A model generated the notes under the pieces. The model made no database searches. It worked only from the letters and a program-made list of their open reading frames with translations, and was not told the DNA's origin. 64,000 nucleotides of DNA from a virus. Its lineage: Duplodnaviria > Heunggongvirae > Uroviricota > Caudoviricetes. Numbering within the stretch: position 1 is the first letter of the stretch; each line of letters begins with the position of its first letter. The stretch lies in IMG/VR virus record IMGVR_UViG_3300032312_000788, positions 74,986-138,985 of that record. One strand, 5' to 3'. Of the stretch, positions 51,037 to 60,748 are shown piece by piece. A program made the translations under genes and the position numbers.

Positions 51037-52155
51037 TGAAACACTAACATATAATCCTAATATGGCCGCTCAATATTGCACTATCACAGAATTGGAAATG
51101 GATGCTCTTCTAAAGCATGATAAAGGCTGGAGCAAAACCATTAAGGGTAATGAATATGTATATGCTTATCAAACTAAAAAGAATCCAAATATCAGTCTAT
51201 TTGTTTACTCTTCAATTTCTCTTAATGGTGTATCGAAGAAGTGCGGCACTGATGCTGTCAGGATATGTGCGGTTAATACAATAACAAACAAGGGTATCCT
51301 TAAAACAAAAAGAATCAATAGAGTTCCCGGTTGGGATGTTAGGCTCAAGGAAAGAGTTATGGATATGTTGAACCAAATCTTTTGATATGAACTTCAGAAC
51401 AATATCTGATTTCCCTCAATGGGTTCATGATTACAATCATTGGGGTTCACGTAAAGGTTGGCCCAAAGAATATCAACCCATTGCTGATGAGATCTATAAG
51501 AAAGCCGATGAAATAGCTGAGAAGATTAAGCAACCCAAATCTTGGATAAATATTTCACCATATACCCAAGGAGAAATCGATAATACAATGGGAGCTAGAT
51601 CAGATTTTTATGAGTCTTATCCAGTATTTGCCTGCTGTAAAGGTTATAGACCATCCGATTGGGATTGTGTATATGATTCCGAAATTGAATACGAATTTTC
51701 TAGGGGTGGATTGAGAGAAGCTAAGATCGGAAATTGGTATTTTTTTCTTGGATTTGATTTTGATTAATAATATGAAACGAGAAATAACTACAACAATTGA
51801 ATTGGATGGTGAGATTTATATCTTTCGAATTCAAAGAGAACCTAATGGAGAATTAACTATTACAACAACACCGGGAACTAATAAAAAGATTCAAGAAATC
51901 ATTGATACCCTTTTAGATAAAGCGTCTTATATTTTATGAAACCATCTACAGTAAAAGAAATCATTGAGAAGCTTCAACAACTTCCAGAAGATTTACCTTG
52001 CTTTGTTCGTCCTAAGTATTGGGGAACACTTAAATCTTATTGCGAGGCACCCATCCATATAAATGGTATAAGTGAAATGGAACCTATTAAAGATAGCGAA
52101 ATTCAAGAACATGTGACATTTTTGGTTTAATAAAACACTGCAACACAATACTGAC

Positions 52156-52518
52156 ATGAACCTGATCGATATGAAAATCATGACAATTAAGTTGCCAAAG
52201 ATTGAAGATATTGAATTTTCAATTGAATGTTTGGAAGAATATGAACATCCAAACAACTCATTTGCTTTGGATGATGAAACACAAGAAGAAGTTGTCAATT
52301 CCATCTTAAAAGATCTTAATAATGGAAACGAATGGGCTTGGTGTAGTATCCGTGTGAATGGATCATATAAAAATATCCTCAAGGCTAGTGATTATCTTGG
52401 ATGTTGCTCCTATGAATCGGAAGAAGATTTCATCAAAAATTCTGAATACTATGAAGATATGAAAGAAGTTATCTATCAGGATATTATCAAGCAACTCGAA
52501 TCACTTTCTATTGATTGA
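52156..52518 (+). CDS. hypothetical acidic protein
   Basis: 120 aa. Confidence 0.35.
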   Translation: MNLIDMKIMTIKLPKIEDIEFSIECLEEYEHPNNSFALDDETQEEVVNSILKDLNNGNEWAWCSIRVNGSYKNILKASDYLGCCSYESEEDFIKNSEYYEDMKEVIYQDIIKQLESLSID

Positions 52519-52717
52519 ACACTAAAGTAAACTACTTACATGAAGCAATACATAGTAACAATGAAATTTAATGTCTTTATCAATGCTGAAGATGAAGATG
52601 ATCTCAATGATAAGATCTTGGATATGGAATCCACATTCAAAGAAGAAGATGGTTCATTGTATGATACTGAATTGATTGGTATTGACACTGAAGAATATGT
52701 AGGATAAATAGATCAAT

Positions 52718-52836
52718 GGCCGTATGATGAAAAGGTAAACATCGCAGACTTTCTAATAGGGTATAAGTGAAATATATTATACCTTGTCGAAAATCTGCCG
52801 CCGAAAGGCTTCCCGGTTCGAGTCCGGGTGCGGCTA
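52718..52836 (+). ncRNA. tRNA-like element (119 nt)
   Basis: acceptor GGCCGTA/TGCGGCT (2 G-U); D-arm gatg-aaaaggtaaa-catc; T-arm cccgg-TTCGAGT-ccggg; a 10-bp hairpin (52757..52786) replaces the expected anticodon arm. Confidence 0.35.
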
Positions 52837-52848
52837 TCTCATACAATA

Positions 52849-53460
52849 ATGATTCATATCAATAGAAAAATCATTCCTGAGCAATTTTCGGTTGCTATCT
52901 CTGGTGGAGTTGATAGTTTAGCATGCTCTCATCTTCTTTTAACATTAGGTTATAATTTCAAAGCTATCCACTTCAATCATAATCAAAGAGAACAGAATCT
53001 AAAGATGGTTGATGTTTGTCGAAAGTTTTGTGATGACTACAAAATTCATTTGACAATTGGTGAATGTCGCGTAAAATACACTAAGAACATTGAAGATAAT
53101 TTGAGACAAGAGAGATTAAGTTTCTTCGATGAGATTGGTGAATCAATTATAGTCTGTCATCATCTAGGTGATTGTGTTGAACAGTATATTATGAATTGTC
53201 TAAAAGGTTGTCCAGAATATAAACCGATTCAACAAATTAGTGAGTTTGATAATTTTACTTTGCTGCGACCTTTTATTAAAAACAGTAAATCTAATTTAGA
53301 GGATTGGGTTGATAAAAGAGGATTATCTGGATATGTAGTAGTTGATGAAACCAATTCAGATAGTAAATATGAAAGAAACTGGATTAGAAATGAAATCCTT
53401 CCTAAAATCGAAGAACGAAGAGGGTTGGAGAAAGTCGTATTAAAGAAATTTTATTTGTAA
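52849..53460 (+). CDS. PP-loop ATPase, tRNA(Ile)-lysidine synthetase (TilS)-like
   Basis: FSVAISGGVDSLACSHLL (SGGxDS PP-loop); start trimmed to Met after the tRNA-like element; immediately upstream of tRNA(CAU). Confidence 0.6.
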   Translation: MIHINRKIIPEQFSVAISGGVDSLACSHLLLTLGYNFKAIHFNHNQREQNLKMVDVCRKFCDDYKIHLTIGECRVKYTKNIEDNLRQERLSFFDEIGESIIVCHHLGDCVEQYIMNCLKGCPEYKPIQQISEFDNFTLLRPFIKNSKSNLEDWVDKRGLSGYVVVDETNSDSKYERNWIRNEILPKIEERRGLEKVVLKKFYL

Positions 53461-53465
53461 TATAT

Positions 53466-53541
53466 CCTCCTATAACTCAACGGTCAGAGTAGCGGTTTCA
53501 TAAACCGTTAGTTACCAGTTCGAATCTGGTTAGGAGGACCA
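53466..53541 (+). tRNA. tRNA anticodon CAU (Met, or Ile2 if lysidinylated), CCA encoded
   Basis: hand-folded: acceptor CCTCCTA/TAGGAGG; D-arm ACTC-AACGGTCA-GAGT; anticodon arm GCGGT-TTCATAA-ACCGT; T-arm ACCAG-TTCGAAT-CTGGT; discriminator A; CCA. Confidence 0.85.
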
Positions 53542-53727
53542 TTTTATTGTGAGTGTTGTCATCAAAGGTTTAGTATTCCATGAATCCTTTGTCAATTCAT
53601 ACAAAGGTTTGGATACAATTCAAACTAGACGAAAACTGAAAAGATATTACACAAAGTCAGACCAAGATGCTATCATTAGATATCTGAAAGAGAATGGTCA
53701 CATAAAACACTAAAGTATAATAAGACT

Positions 53728-53958
53728 ATGTTGAAACAACAAAACATGACCCAACAAGAGATTGTTGAATGGATCTTATCCGGGAGAGATAATGATATTG
53801 ATAAGAGTGTATCTGAGGGATGTCGATATTCCCGAGAACAACTAGAAGCAGTTAATCGGTATATTGATTATATCGTTGGAGAACTGACAGATCCAGATTT
53901 AGCATATAATACTGAAACTGGATTTTTTGATTATGTTGGTCCTGAGTTGCCAGCATAA
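53728..53958 (+). CDS. hypothetical protein
   Basis: 76 aa. Confidence 0.3.
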   Translation: MLKQQNMTQQEIVEWILSGRDNDIDKSVSEGCRYSREQLEAVNRYIDYIVGELTDPDLAYNTETGFFDYVGPELPA

Positions 53959-53975
53959 ATAGTAATAGATTTAAT

Positions 53976-54050
53976 GGGAGTGTATCGGAACGGAATTCTA
54001 CTCCGTAGTACCGTAATGGATCGATGCAGGTTCGAATCCTGTCTCTCTCA
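53976..54050 (+). ncRNA. tRNA-like element (75 nt), possibly degenerate tRNA
   Basis: T-arm gcagg-TTCGAAT-cctgt; acceptor gggagtg/ctctctc (6 of 7); stem-loop acgga-attctac-tccgt gives anticodon TCT (Arg) but leaves no room for a D-arm. Confidence 0.3.
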
Positions 54051-54222
54051 CATTTTAAACATCCATGTTATCTAATCAATAACTAGTAGGGGTTGATATT
54101 AATCCTATGATGAAGTCGGGTGATTCCGATAAAGCAATGTGGGTAAATCCTCGTGATAATGATAGCGTTATCTGATGAGTCATGGAGCTAATAAGCATTG
54201 AAGTGATTCAACGAATTTCGAT

Positions 54223-54531
54223 TTGGTCAGACCATTCCTTTCCTATCCTATCCTATATACTATGAATCAAAAACTATACGCATTCTGGTCTTATGATCAA
54301 TTCCCATATTGCTTATGGGGTGAAGTTGAGAAGTTTAACGGTGATCTTGTTTATATCAAATCTTATATGGGTTGGTTTAAACCCTTTAAGATTGTGGAGG
54401 GAGAAGTTGGAGAGAAGATGATTAAATCCTTGATGAATATCGAATATGATAAAACTGTAGAACTTAAGGTATTGAATTCAAAATACGATAATCAATTGAA
54501 AGCTATTCTGCCTGAAATCTTTAAACACTAA
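54223..54531 (+). CDS. hypothetical protein
   Basis: 102 aa. Confidence 0.35.
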   Translation: MVRPFLSYPILYTMNQKLYAFWSYDQFPYCLWGEVEKFNGDLVYIKSYMGWFKPFKIVEGEVGEKMIKSLMNIEYDKTVELKVLNSKYDNQLKAILPEIFKH

Positions 54532-54545
54532 GTCATAATACTGAT

Positions 54546-54791
54546 ATGAGCAAGATGATCAAACTTCCCGATGGTGATTATGTGAGAGCATCTGATATTC
54601 TTAAAGTATCTAAACCTTATTATGATACAACAAAGGAACAGTGGATGTCTTCCATTGCTTATATCAATAAGATATATCCTGATACTGTATCATTCCACGT
54701 TTACGAAATGTCTAAAACCTTTGTGAGGACATCTGAAAAGGCAAATGTTTTCTTGGATAGATTTATCTCTAAAATCAACGAACTAGTATAA
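54546..54791 (+). CDS. hypothetical protein
   Basis: 81 aa. Confidence 0.3.
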   Translation: MSKMIKLPDGDYVRASDILKVSKPYYDTTKEQWMSSIAYINKIYPDTVSFHVYEMSKTFVRTSEKANVFLDRFISKINELV

Positions 54792-54920
54792 TTATGGAAT
54801 ACATTAAATTAGTAGATGATATTCTACGAAAAGCTTATGAAGTCATTGATTTTAATCATCTACCAGATGATCAGATCGATAAGTTTAAGGATTATCTGAA
54901 GAAGAGAATAGATAATCTAA

Positions 54921-55208
54921 TTGCTGAAATGGAAGAAAATGACGAGTAAAGATTTATCTCCGGGAGACTGGATCTCAGTTGATTGGATACCATATAAACT
55001 TTATGTTGTGGAAAACAACGAGACAACATTGAAGGTTAAATCTCCTGCTTGGTCTAATGGAGACTATATGATATTTCAACACTGGAGATTTAATTATAGA
55101 AATGGTAAATGTTGGAGTCTATTAGGAAAGTCGAAAGAGAATCCTTTCTATAATAATATAACTAAACTTACAGGATTTGTTCATCCTGTTGTAATGATCA
55201 AACACTAG
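54921..55208 (+). CDS. hypothetical protein
   Basis: 95 aa. Confidence 0.3.
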   Translation: MLKWKKMTSKDLSPGDWISVDWIPYKLYVVENNETTLKVKSPAWSNGDYMIFQHWRFNYRNGKCWSLLGKSKENPFYNNITKLTGFVHPVVMIKH

Positions 55209-55222
55209 AATAAACTAAGGAC

Positions 55223-55516
55223 ATGAGAAAGATCACTGAACAAGCAATCGAAGCATTCACGAGTAATTCAAACTTCAAGGGTAAAAACACTGAAGTTTCC
55301 AGTGATAGCTTTTTGAATCGTATGTGGCTTCATGGTAATCTTATTGCTGTGAAAGATCATATTAATGGAGTTACTAAAGTTAGTTTATGTGGATGGAATA
55401 CTCCAACAACTCGTGAAAGACTTAATGGAATTCCCGGTGTAAGTATTTCTACAAGTAAGGGACAGGCTTATCTTAATGGTAATCCTATTGATGATAATAA
55501 ATTTTACATCATTTGA
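55223..55516 (+). CDS. hypothetical protein
   Basis: 97 aa. Confidence 0.3.
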   Translation: MRKITEQAIEAFTSNSNFKGKNTEVSSDSFLNRMWLHGNLIAVKDHINGVTKVSLCGWNTPTTRERLNGIPGVSISTSKGQAYLNGNPIDDNKFYII

Positions 55517-55629
55517 TATATTAGAAACTTCGAATAATCCCAATCAATCGGGAAAAGTATTGAAATCGAAGGAATCGGGATAATACTACACCGAACCATT
55601 CTTATAGAACACTAAAATAAACTAAGGAC

Positions 55630-55947
55630 ATGCAAAACAACTGGACACCTGTTATTGAAGATATCATTAAGTGCCTACTTAATAAAGGTCTAACTCTACA
55701 TTCTGTAGATAATGGTGATGGTGAAGTATTGGTAGATAATGCTGATCAAGCTGTGGGTGAAATTGAAGCTACAGATGAATCCGATCTTTATGTTAAGAAT
55801 CCCGATGGTAAAAAACGCTGGGTCTATATTGTTCTCGGAAATCAACCAGAAGAAACTATCTGTGATTATACAGTAGATCCTCTTATTGATGAAGCTTTTG
55901 GAGACTTTACTAAGATCTGGGAAGATCGTGATGTTCCTAAAAAATAA
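55630..55947 (+). CDS. hypothetical protein
   Basis: 105 aa. Confidence 0.35.
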   Translation: MQNNWTPVIEDIIKCLLNKGLTLHSVDNGDGEVLVDNADQAVGEIEATDESDLYVKNPDGKKRWVYIVLGNQPEETICDYTVDPLIDEAFGDFTKIWEDRDVPKK

Positions 55948-56616
55948 GTTATATGACACCTCGATATCTAAATCAACTAAAGATTCATATGCTTTATGTA
56001 AATGAATCTCCAGAATTGGCTGATCAAAAAACTCAAGAGTATATTGATAAGTTCGATAAATTGGACAAGTATGATCGTATGACTGTTGATTATGCTTGGG
56101 AAATTGATGGATTTGAAAAATCGCTGGAACTGATAGATAAGTATGCAAACATTAGCTGATAGATTCAATAAGAGTTATCAAGATTTCGATCTTAGTGATG
56201 ACACCTTTAAGTATTCTCGTTTGATGGATTGGAGATATTATGTTCCTGATGAAATCATTGACAATTGGAAAATCCTACAAATAGATGAGAGATATTTGAT
56301 TGCGTTGACAGCTAATCATGCTGCTAGTTTAGATGATTGAACACTATAATAGTATAAGGACATGCAAACGGTCAATCAATACACTCCAATGAAGTCTGGT
56401 GATCAATTTCTTTATGAGAAAGATACACCACAATGCATTCCACTGAGAATGGTATTATGACTCTTGATAATCCTAAAGATTATCCTGATTACAAATACTT
56501 TGTAAGAGTTGGTGGAGGATGGAGAGGATTTAATAAGAAAGTTAATGCTAGGAGGTATTATAAACAAGATTGATTTAAATTCTATCAATGAAACACTACC
56601 CTAAAATGAAGACGTT

Positions 56617-56886
56617 ATGAAGAACATCACACTAAACGAAGCACTTAAACTTATTCAAGATTGTTCCGCCTGCATTATCGATGATAATGTTCTGGTCTAT
56701 CCATCATGGGATGCTCCTGATGATGAAGATTGGTGGTTGGAATTTCTATGGGAAGATGATCATAACTCTTTCGGTCTAGTCTTTATGAAGGATTGTGGAG
56801 ACATCCAATTCGATGGAACCAATCTCTTCATTAAAGATGAAGATGGAGATGAACAAATGATCACTCTGCTTGTTCCTATGAAGTAA
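56617..56886 (+). CDS. hypothetical acidic protein
   Basis: 89 aa. Confidence 0.3.
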   Translation: MKNITLNEALKLIQDCSACIIDDNVLVYPSWDAPDDEDWWLEFLWEDDHNSFGLVFMKDCGDIQFDGTNLFIKDEDGDEQMITLLVPMK

Positions 56887-56922
56887 ATGATCTAAGAATC
56901 TGGGTGTATCCACCCCGCAAAA

Positions 56923-56955
56923 TGATAGTGATAGCGTTACTATCAAATTTTCTGA
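56923..56955 (+). terminator. terminator-like hairpin
   Basis: 7-bp stem tgatagt/actatca, 9-nt loop, then AAATTTTCTGATAATTTT. Confidence 0.4.
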
Positions 56956-56960
56956 TAATT

Positions 56961-57083
56961 TTGAGTGTGGCGAAATTGGTAAACGCACTGGAGAAGAAGT
57001 AATAGGATAAGCGTAAAATAGCACTGTCCCGCATAAAAGCGTCTAACCCGGCATTATTATAGGTTCGAGCCCTATCACTCGAT
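56961..57083 (+). ncRNA. tRNA-like element (123 nt) with type-II-like D-arm
   Basis: acceptor TTGAGTG/CACTCGA (7 bp); D-arm GCG-AAATTGGTAAA-CGC (Leu/Ser-like); T-arm ATAGG-TTCGAGC-CCTAT; about 70 nt between D and T arms with no canonical anticodon arm. Confidence 0.35.
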
Positions 57084-57111
57084 TCATCAAACACTAGATT
57101 AAGATAAGGAC

Positions 57112-57306
57112 ATGACACCGCAAATTGTATTCAATATCTTCAAGAATCTTGGTAAGTATATTCCTGCGACTGGATACTATAAACTTTCTATCAATGGAAT
57201 GTTCTGGGAAGCTAGAGATCTTCAGATGGATGGAGGTATCATGTTCTATGATTACAATGGCAACTTCAATCATTATGATGAAGTATGGGCCAAGATTGTT
57301 GGATGA
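57112..57306 (+). CDS. hypothetical protein
   Basis: 64 aa. Confidence 0.3.
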   Translation: MTPQIVFNIFKNLGKYIPATGYYKLSINGMFWEARDLQMDGGIMFYDYNGNFNHYDEVWAKIVG

Positions 57307-57352
57307 AACACTAGCCTAGAATAGGAACGTAACGAGAAACCACAACTTACTT

Positions 57353-58897
57353 ATGGAATTTAGTAAATATCAACAAGACGTTTTCGATTGGGTTATCAAT
57401 CCACAAAAGTTTCACGAATCCGCAAGGAATCTTATTGTGAAAGCTGTGGCTGGATCTGGTAAGAGTACAACTGCTCTCCAATCCGCAGTTTATATGAAAG
57501 GAGATATCATCTTTTTTTCTTTCAATAAGAAAATTCAAGCTCATCTTGAAAAGAAACTTGCATCCATGGGTTTGCCTAATGCTCGTGCTGCTACTTTTCA
57601 TAGTGAAGGCATGAAGAATCTTATCAAGTCGAAGGGTAAGGTTAAACTAGAAAACTCTAAGATTTATTATATTGTTGAGAAGTATTGTCAAACTCAAGAG
57701 TTGAATGCTGCTCGTCCTTTCATTCAAAAGCTTGTAGGGTTTGCTAAAGAGTATGCCTTTGGAGTTAAAGGTCAACGTTCTATCGATGATACTCAAGCAT
57801 GGATGGAAATCATTCAAACTCAAGATATTAGTTTGGATGCTGATTGTGACTTCGATGAAGTTATCGAAATTGCCAAGCAAGTTCTGAAGGAATCTAATCG
57901 TGACTTCCGTAATATCGATTTTGCGGATATGATTTATCTCCCTCTCATCTATGATATCGAGTGCATCAAATATGATTGGATCATTGTCGATGAGGCTCAA
58001 GATACTAATGTATCTCGCAAGCTTTTCATTGCTAAGGTTCTCAAGCCTAATGGTCGTTTGATCGCTATCGGTGATGAAAATCAGGCAATCTATGGATTCA
58101 CCGGAGCGGAAAACGATTCAATGAATCTTATCAAGGATATGTTTCAATGCTACGAACTTCCCCTTTCTGTCTGCTATCGTTGCGGAAAGAAGATTGTTGC
58201 AGAAGCTCAAAAGTATCAACCTCATATCGAAGCTTATGAGGGAAATGAGGATGGTGAAATCCTCTCCATCAAATATGATGATTTCCTTGATCAAGTTGAA
58301 ACGATGAAACTTTCCTCTAAGGATGGTATTATCTGCCGAAACAATGCACCTAATGTTGCACTTGCCTTTGCTCTTATTCGTAAAGGTATCGGATGCCGCA
58401 TCGAAGGTCGTGATATTGGACAAAATCTTATCACTCTTTGTAATAAGTGGAAGCGTGTCTCTGATCTTAATGAGTTCATCGAAAAGCTTAATGCTTTCTT
58501 TGAGAAAGAATTTGAGAAAGCTTCTAAAGCTAAGATGCAAATGCTTGAAGATAAACTTCAAACCATGATCATTCTTATTGAGCGTTGTCAATCTCTTGGT
58601 AAGAATGATGTTCAATCTCTCAAGAATCTCATCGAGGCGATGTTCACTGATGATGGTGATCCTAAGAACGCTGATCTCGTGACTCTCTCTTCTATTCATA
58701 AGTCTAAGGGTCTGGAGTTTGACAATACTTATCTTATCGGGAATGCACAACTCGTTCCAAGTAAGTATGCTGTGACTGAGGCGCAACAAATTCAGGAGCA
58801 AAATCTCCTATATGTATCAGTAACCCGCGCTCTTAAAAAGATGGTGAATGTTACCGATATTCCTACCCGTGGTGGTCGTAAGATCGAAGAAGAATAA
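57353..58897 (+). CDS. UvrD/PcrA-like SF1 helicase
   Basis: Walker A AVAGSGKSTTAL; motif II IIVDEAQDTN; motif VI-like SIHKSKGLEFDNTYLIG. Confidence 0.7.
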   Translation: MEFSKYQQDVFDWVINPQKFHESARNLIVKAVAGSGKSTTALQSAVYMKGDIIFFSFNKKIQAHLEKKLASMGLPNARAATFHSEGMKNLIKSKGKVKLENSKIYYIVEKYCQTQELNAARPFIQKLVGFAKEYAFGVKGQRSIDDTQAWMEIIQTQDISLDADCDFDEVIEIAKQVLKESNRDFRNIDFADMIYLPLIYDIECIKYDWIIVDEAQDTNVSRKLFIAKVLKPNGRLIAIGDENQAIYGFTGAENDSMNLIKDMFQCYELPLSVCYRCGKKIVAEAQKYQPHIEAYEGNEDGEILSIKYDDFLDQVETMKLSSKDGIICRNNAPNVALAFALIRKGIGCRIEGRDIGQNLITLCNKWKRVSDLNEFIEKLNAFFEKEFEKASKAKMQMLEDKLQTMIILIERCQSLGKNDVQSLKNLIEAMFTDDGDPKNADLVTLSSIHKSKGLEFDNTYLIGNAQLVPSKYAVTEAQQIQEQNLLYVSVTRALKKMVNVTDIPTRGGRKIEEE

Positions 58898-58973
58898 TCA
58901 AAAAAATGAGCTAGGGCATCTCATTAAACTGCCCTGAGTCGGGATAGATGAAACACTAAAGCAGAATACTGAC

Positions 58974-59300
58974 ATGAAGTTCATCAATCTTACACCTCAC
59001 ACGATCAATATCATCTCAAAAGATTTCAAGATGTCGATTGATCCTGATAAGTCTTATCCGGTTCCAAGAGTTAATATGCAAAGACACGAACTTTGCAGTA
59101 TCATGAATATTCCTATCTATAAGAATACAGTGGGAGATGTCATGGATCTACCGGATCAAGTCGATGATACTTATTATATCGTATCAACCTTGGTAAAGAT
59201 GGCAGCACCAGCAAGAAAAGATCTATTGTCTCCCGGTAATCTTATCAGAGATGATAAGGGTAATGTTATCGGATGCGATGGATTCGATGCAAATCTTTAA
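58974..59300 (+). CDS. hypothetical protein
   Basis: 108 aa. Confidence 0.35.
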   Translation: MKFINLTPHTINIISKDFKMSIDPDKSYPVPRVNMQRHELCSIMNIPIYKNTVGDVMDLPDQVDDTYYIVSTLVKMAAPARKDLLSPGNLIRDDKGNVIGCDGFDANL

Positions 59301-59527
59301 TAATCAAACACTAACCTAGAATCAGAGCATGTCCAGCAACAATAACAAATCAGACTTCCGCGCCCCACAAAAGATGCTTCGTACATCATGGGTTCAAATG
59401 GTATATTCTAAGCCTAAGAAAGGTGCCATTTCTATCAAGCGTTCCCTTAGCTCAAGATCAACTCCTATCTTTAAGACTAATGGAGTGACTACTTCCCTCT
59501 CACAAAACTTCTCATACTAATCAACAT

Positions 59528-60055
59528 ATGAAAAATATAAAGAAAGGTGATAAGATTCGTTGTATCAACCCCAACTTCGCATTGGTTGCTGATAAAATTT
59601 ATACATTTGATCGTTATGATGATGAAGACGATGAACTTCTTTTTGTAGAAGGAACCGATGAATCATTCTTCACTGATAGATTTGAAGTTGTTGATAAGCC
59701 CGAAACTATGAAAGAATTAGTAAAGAAGGCTTATGACATTCTTCAATCTGATAAGATTGTTACTATGTTTATTGATACATACACTCCAGAAAGTATCGAA
59801 ATCTTTACCAAACCTACTAATAGATCATCCGATTTAGTCACTGATGATATTAAAAGGAATGGCTTTTCTGTAGCCCTCAGAATGATCAATGATTTAGTCA
59901 TCCCAGTAAACCAACTAACTATTGTATCAAACATTGTTAAGGATGTGGGAGATTATGAAGCTATTGTGGAGAAAGATTTCATTAAAGTAGGATGCCAATT
60001 CATCCCTTGGTCCAAGGTAGAAGAAATTGTAGAATTACATAAGAAATTGTCATAA
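59528..60055 (+). CDS. hypothetical protein
   Basis: 175 aa. Confidence 0.4.
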   Translation: MKNIKKGDKIRCINPNFALVADKIYTFDRYDDEDDELLFVEGTDESFFTDRFEVVDKPETMKELVKKAYDILQSDKIVTMFIDTYTPESIEIFTKPTNRSSDLVTDDIKRNGFSVALRMINDLVIPVNQLTIVSNIVKDVGDYEAIVEKDFIKVGCQFIPWSKVEEIVELHKKLS

Positions 60056-60122
60056 AACTATGAATATCATCACAATGTATCAAGTAATATAACTACATAG
60101 CTATATAAGAATACAAGAATAT

Positions 60123-60416
60123 ATGAAGAAAGTAATCAATACAGATCGGGATACAGTAAATGTATCGGAAGTTGATTCGGATAAATTTTATGGGTTTGTT
60201 CAGAATCATACAAATTTAAAAGGATTTATTTCAAGAATAAGTTATTGTTCTGGAGATTATCAAGCCAAAGCTATTACAGACTTGACTGAAGGAAATTCGT
60301 GGCCTATTCATACAAGAAGTAATCTCAAAGATGCAATCGATAATCTTTTGAATAAAAACTTCACAGTATATCAATTCGATACTTCTAAAGAATTGTTTAC
60401 TTGGTTGGCTGAATAA
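60123..60416 (+). CDS. hypothetical protein
   Basis: 97 aa. Confidence 0.3.
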   Translation: MKKVINTDRDTVNVSEVDSDKFYGFVQNHTNLKGFISRISYCSGDYQAKAITDLTEGNSWPIHTRSNLKDAIDNLLNKNFTVYQFDTSKELFTWLAE

Positions 60417-60493
60417 ATTTTACATCATGGTGGTGTAAAAACCCTCTCTGAGTTGATGAAAAACAAAGATACTCAGAGAGGGTTTCTTTTTCT

Positions 60494-60520
60494 TATAAAA
60501 CACTACAATAGAATAACACT
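60494..60520 (+). promoter_or_regulatory. conserved gene-start motif
   Basis: TTATAAAACACTACAATAGAATAACACT then ATG 60521. Confidence 0.5.
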
Positions 60521-60748
60521 ATGAAGATTACTAATATCACTCCTCCAACTGAGCGTATTTTTACCCTTGAACTTACTGAGAATGAGCTAAAGTATCTCGG
60601 TTTGATTGTAGGTAATACTAGTTCTGTTACTATAGAAAATCTTATCGAGGAAAAATCATGGAAGATATGTAATCTTCCGGGTATCAAATCTGATGAGGAA
60701 TTCGCCTGTAAGTTCTACAATATGATCGTAGATACCTTTGAATCATAA
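60521..60748 (+). CDS. hypothetical protein
   Basis: 75 aa. Confidence 0.3.
   Translation: MKITNITPPTERIFTLELTENELKYLGLIVGNTSSVTIENLIEEKSWKICNLPGIKSDEEFACKFYNMIVDTFES

Noticed and set aside
52637-52846. minus ORF with AAPGLEPGSL
   Set aside because: Classic antisense translation of a tRNA T-arm/acceptor region; overlaps the tRNA-like element.
53976-54050. confident tRNA-Arg(TCT) call
   Set aside because: Acceptor has a U-U mismatch and no D-arm can be drawn; downgraded to tRNA-like element.
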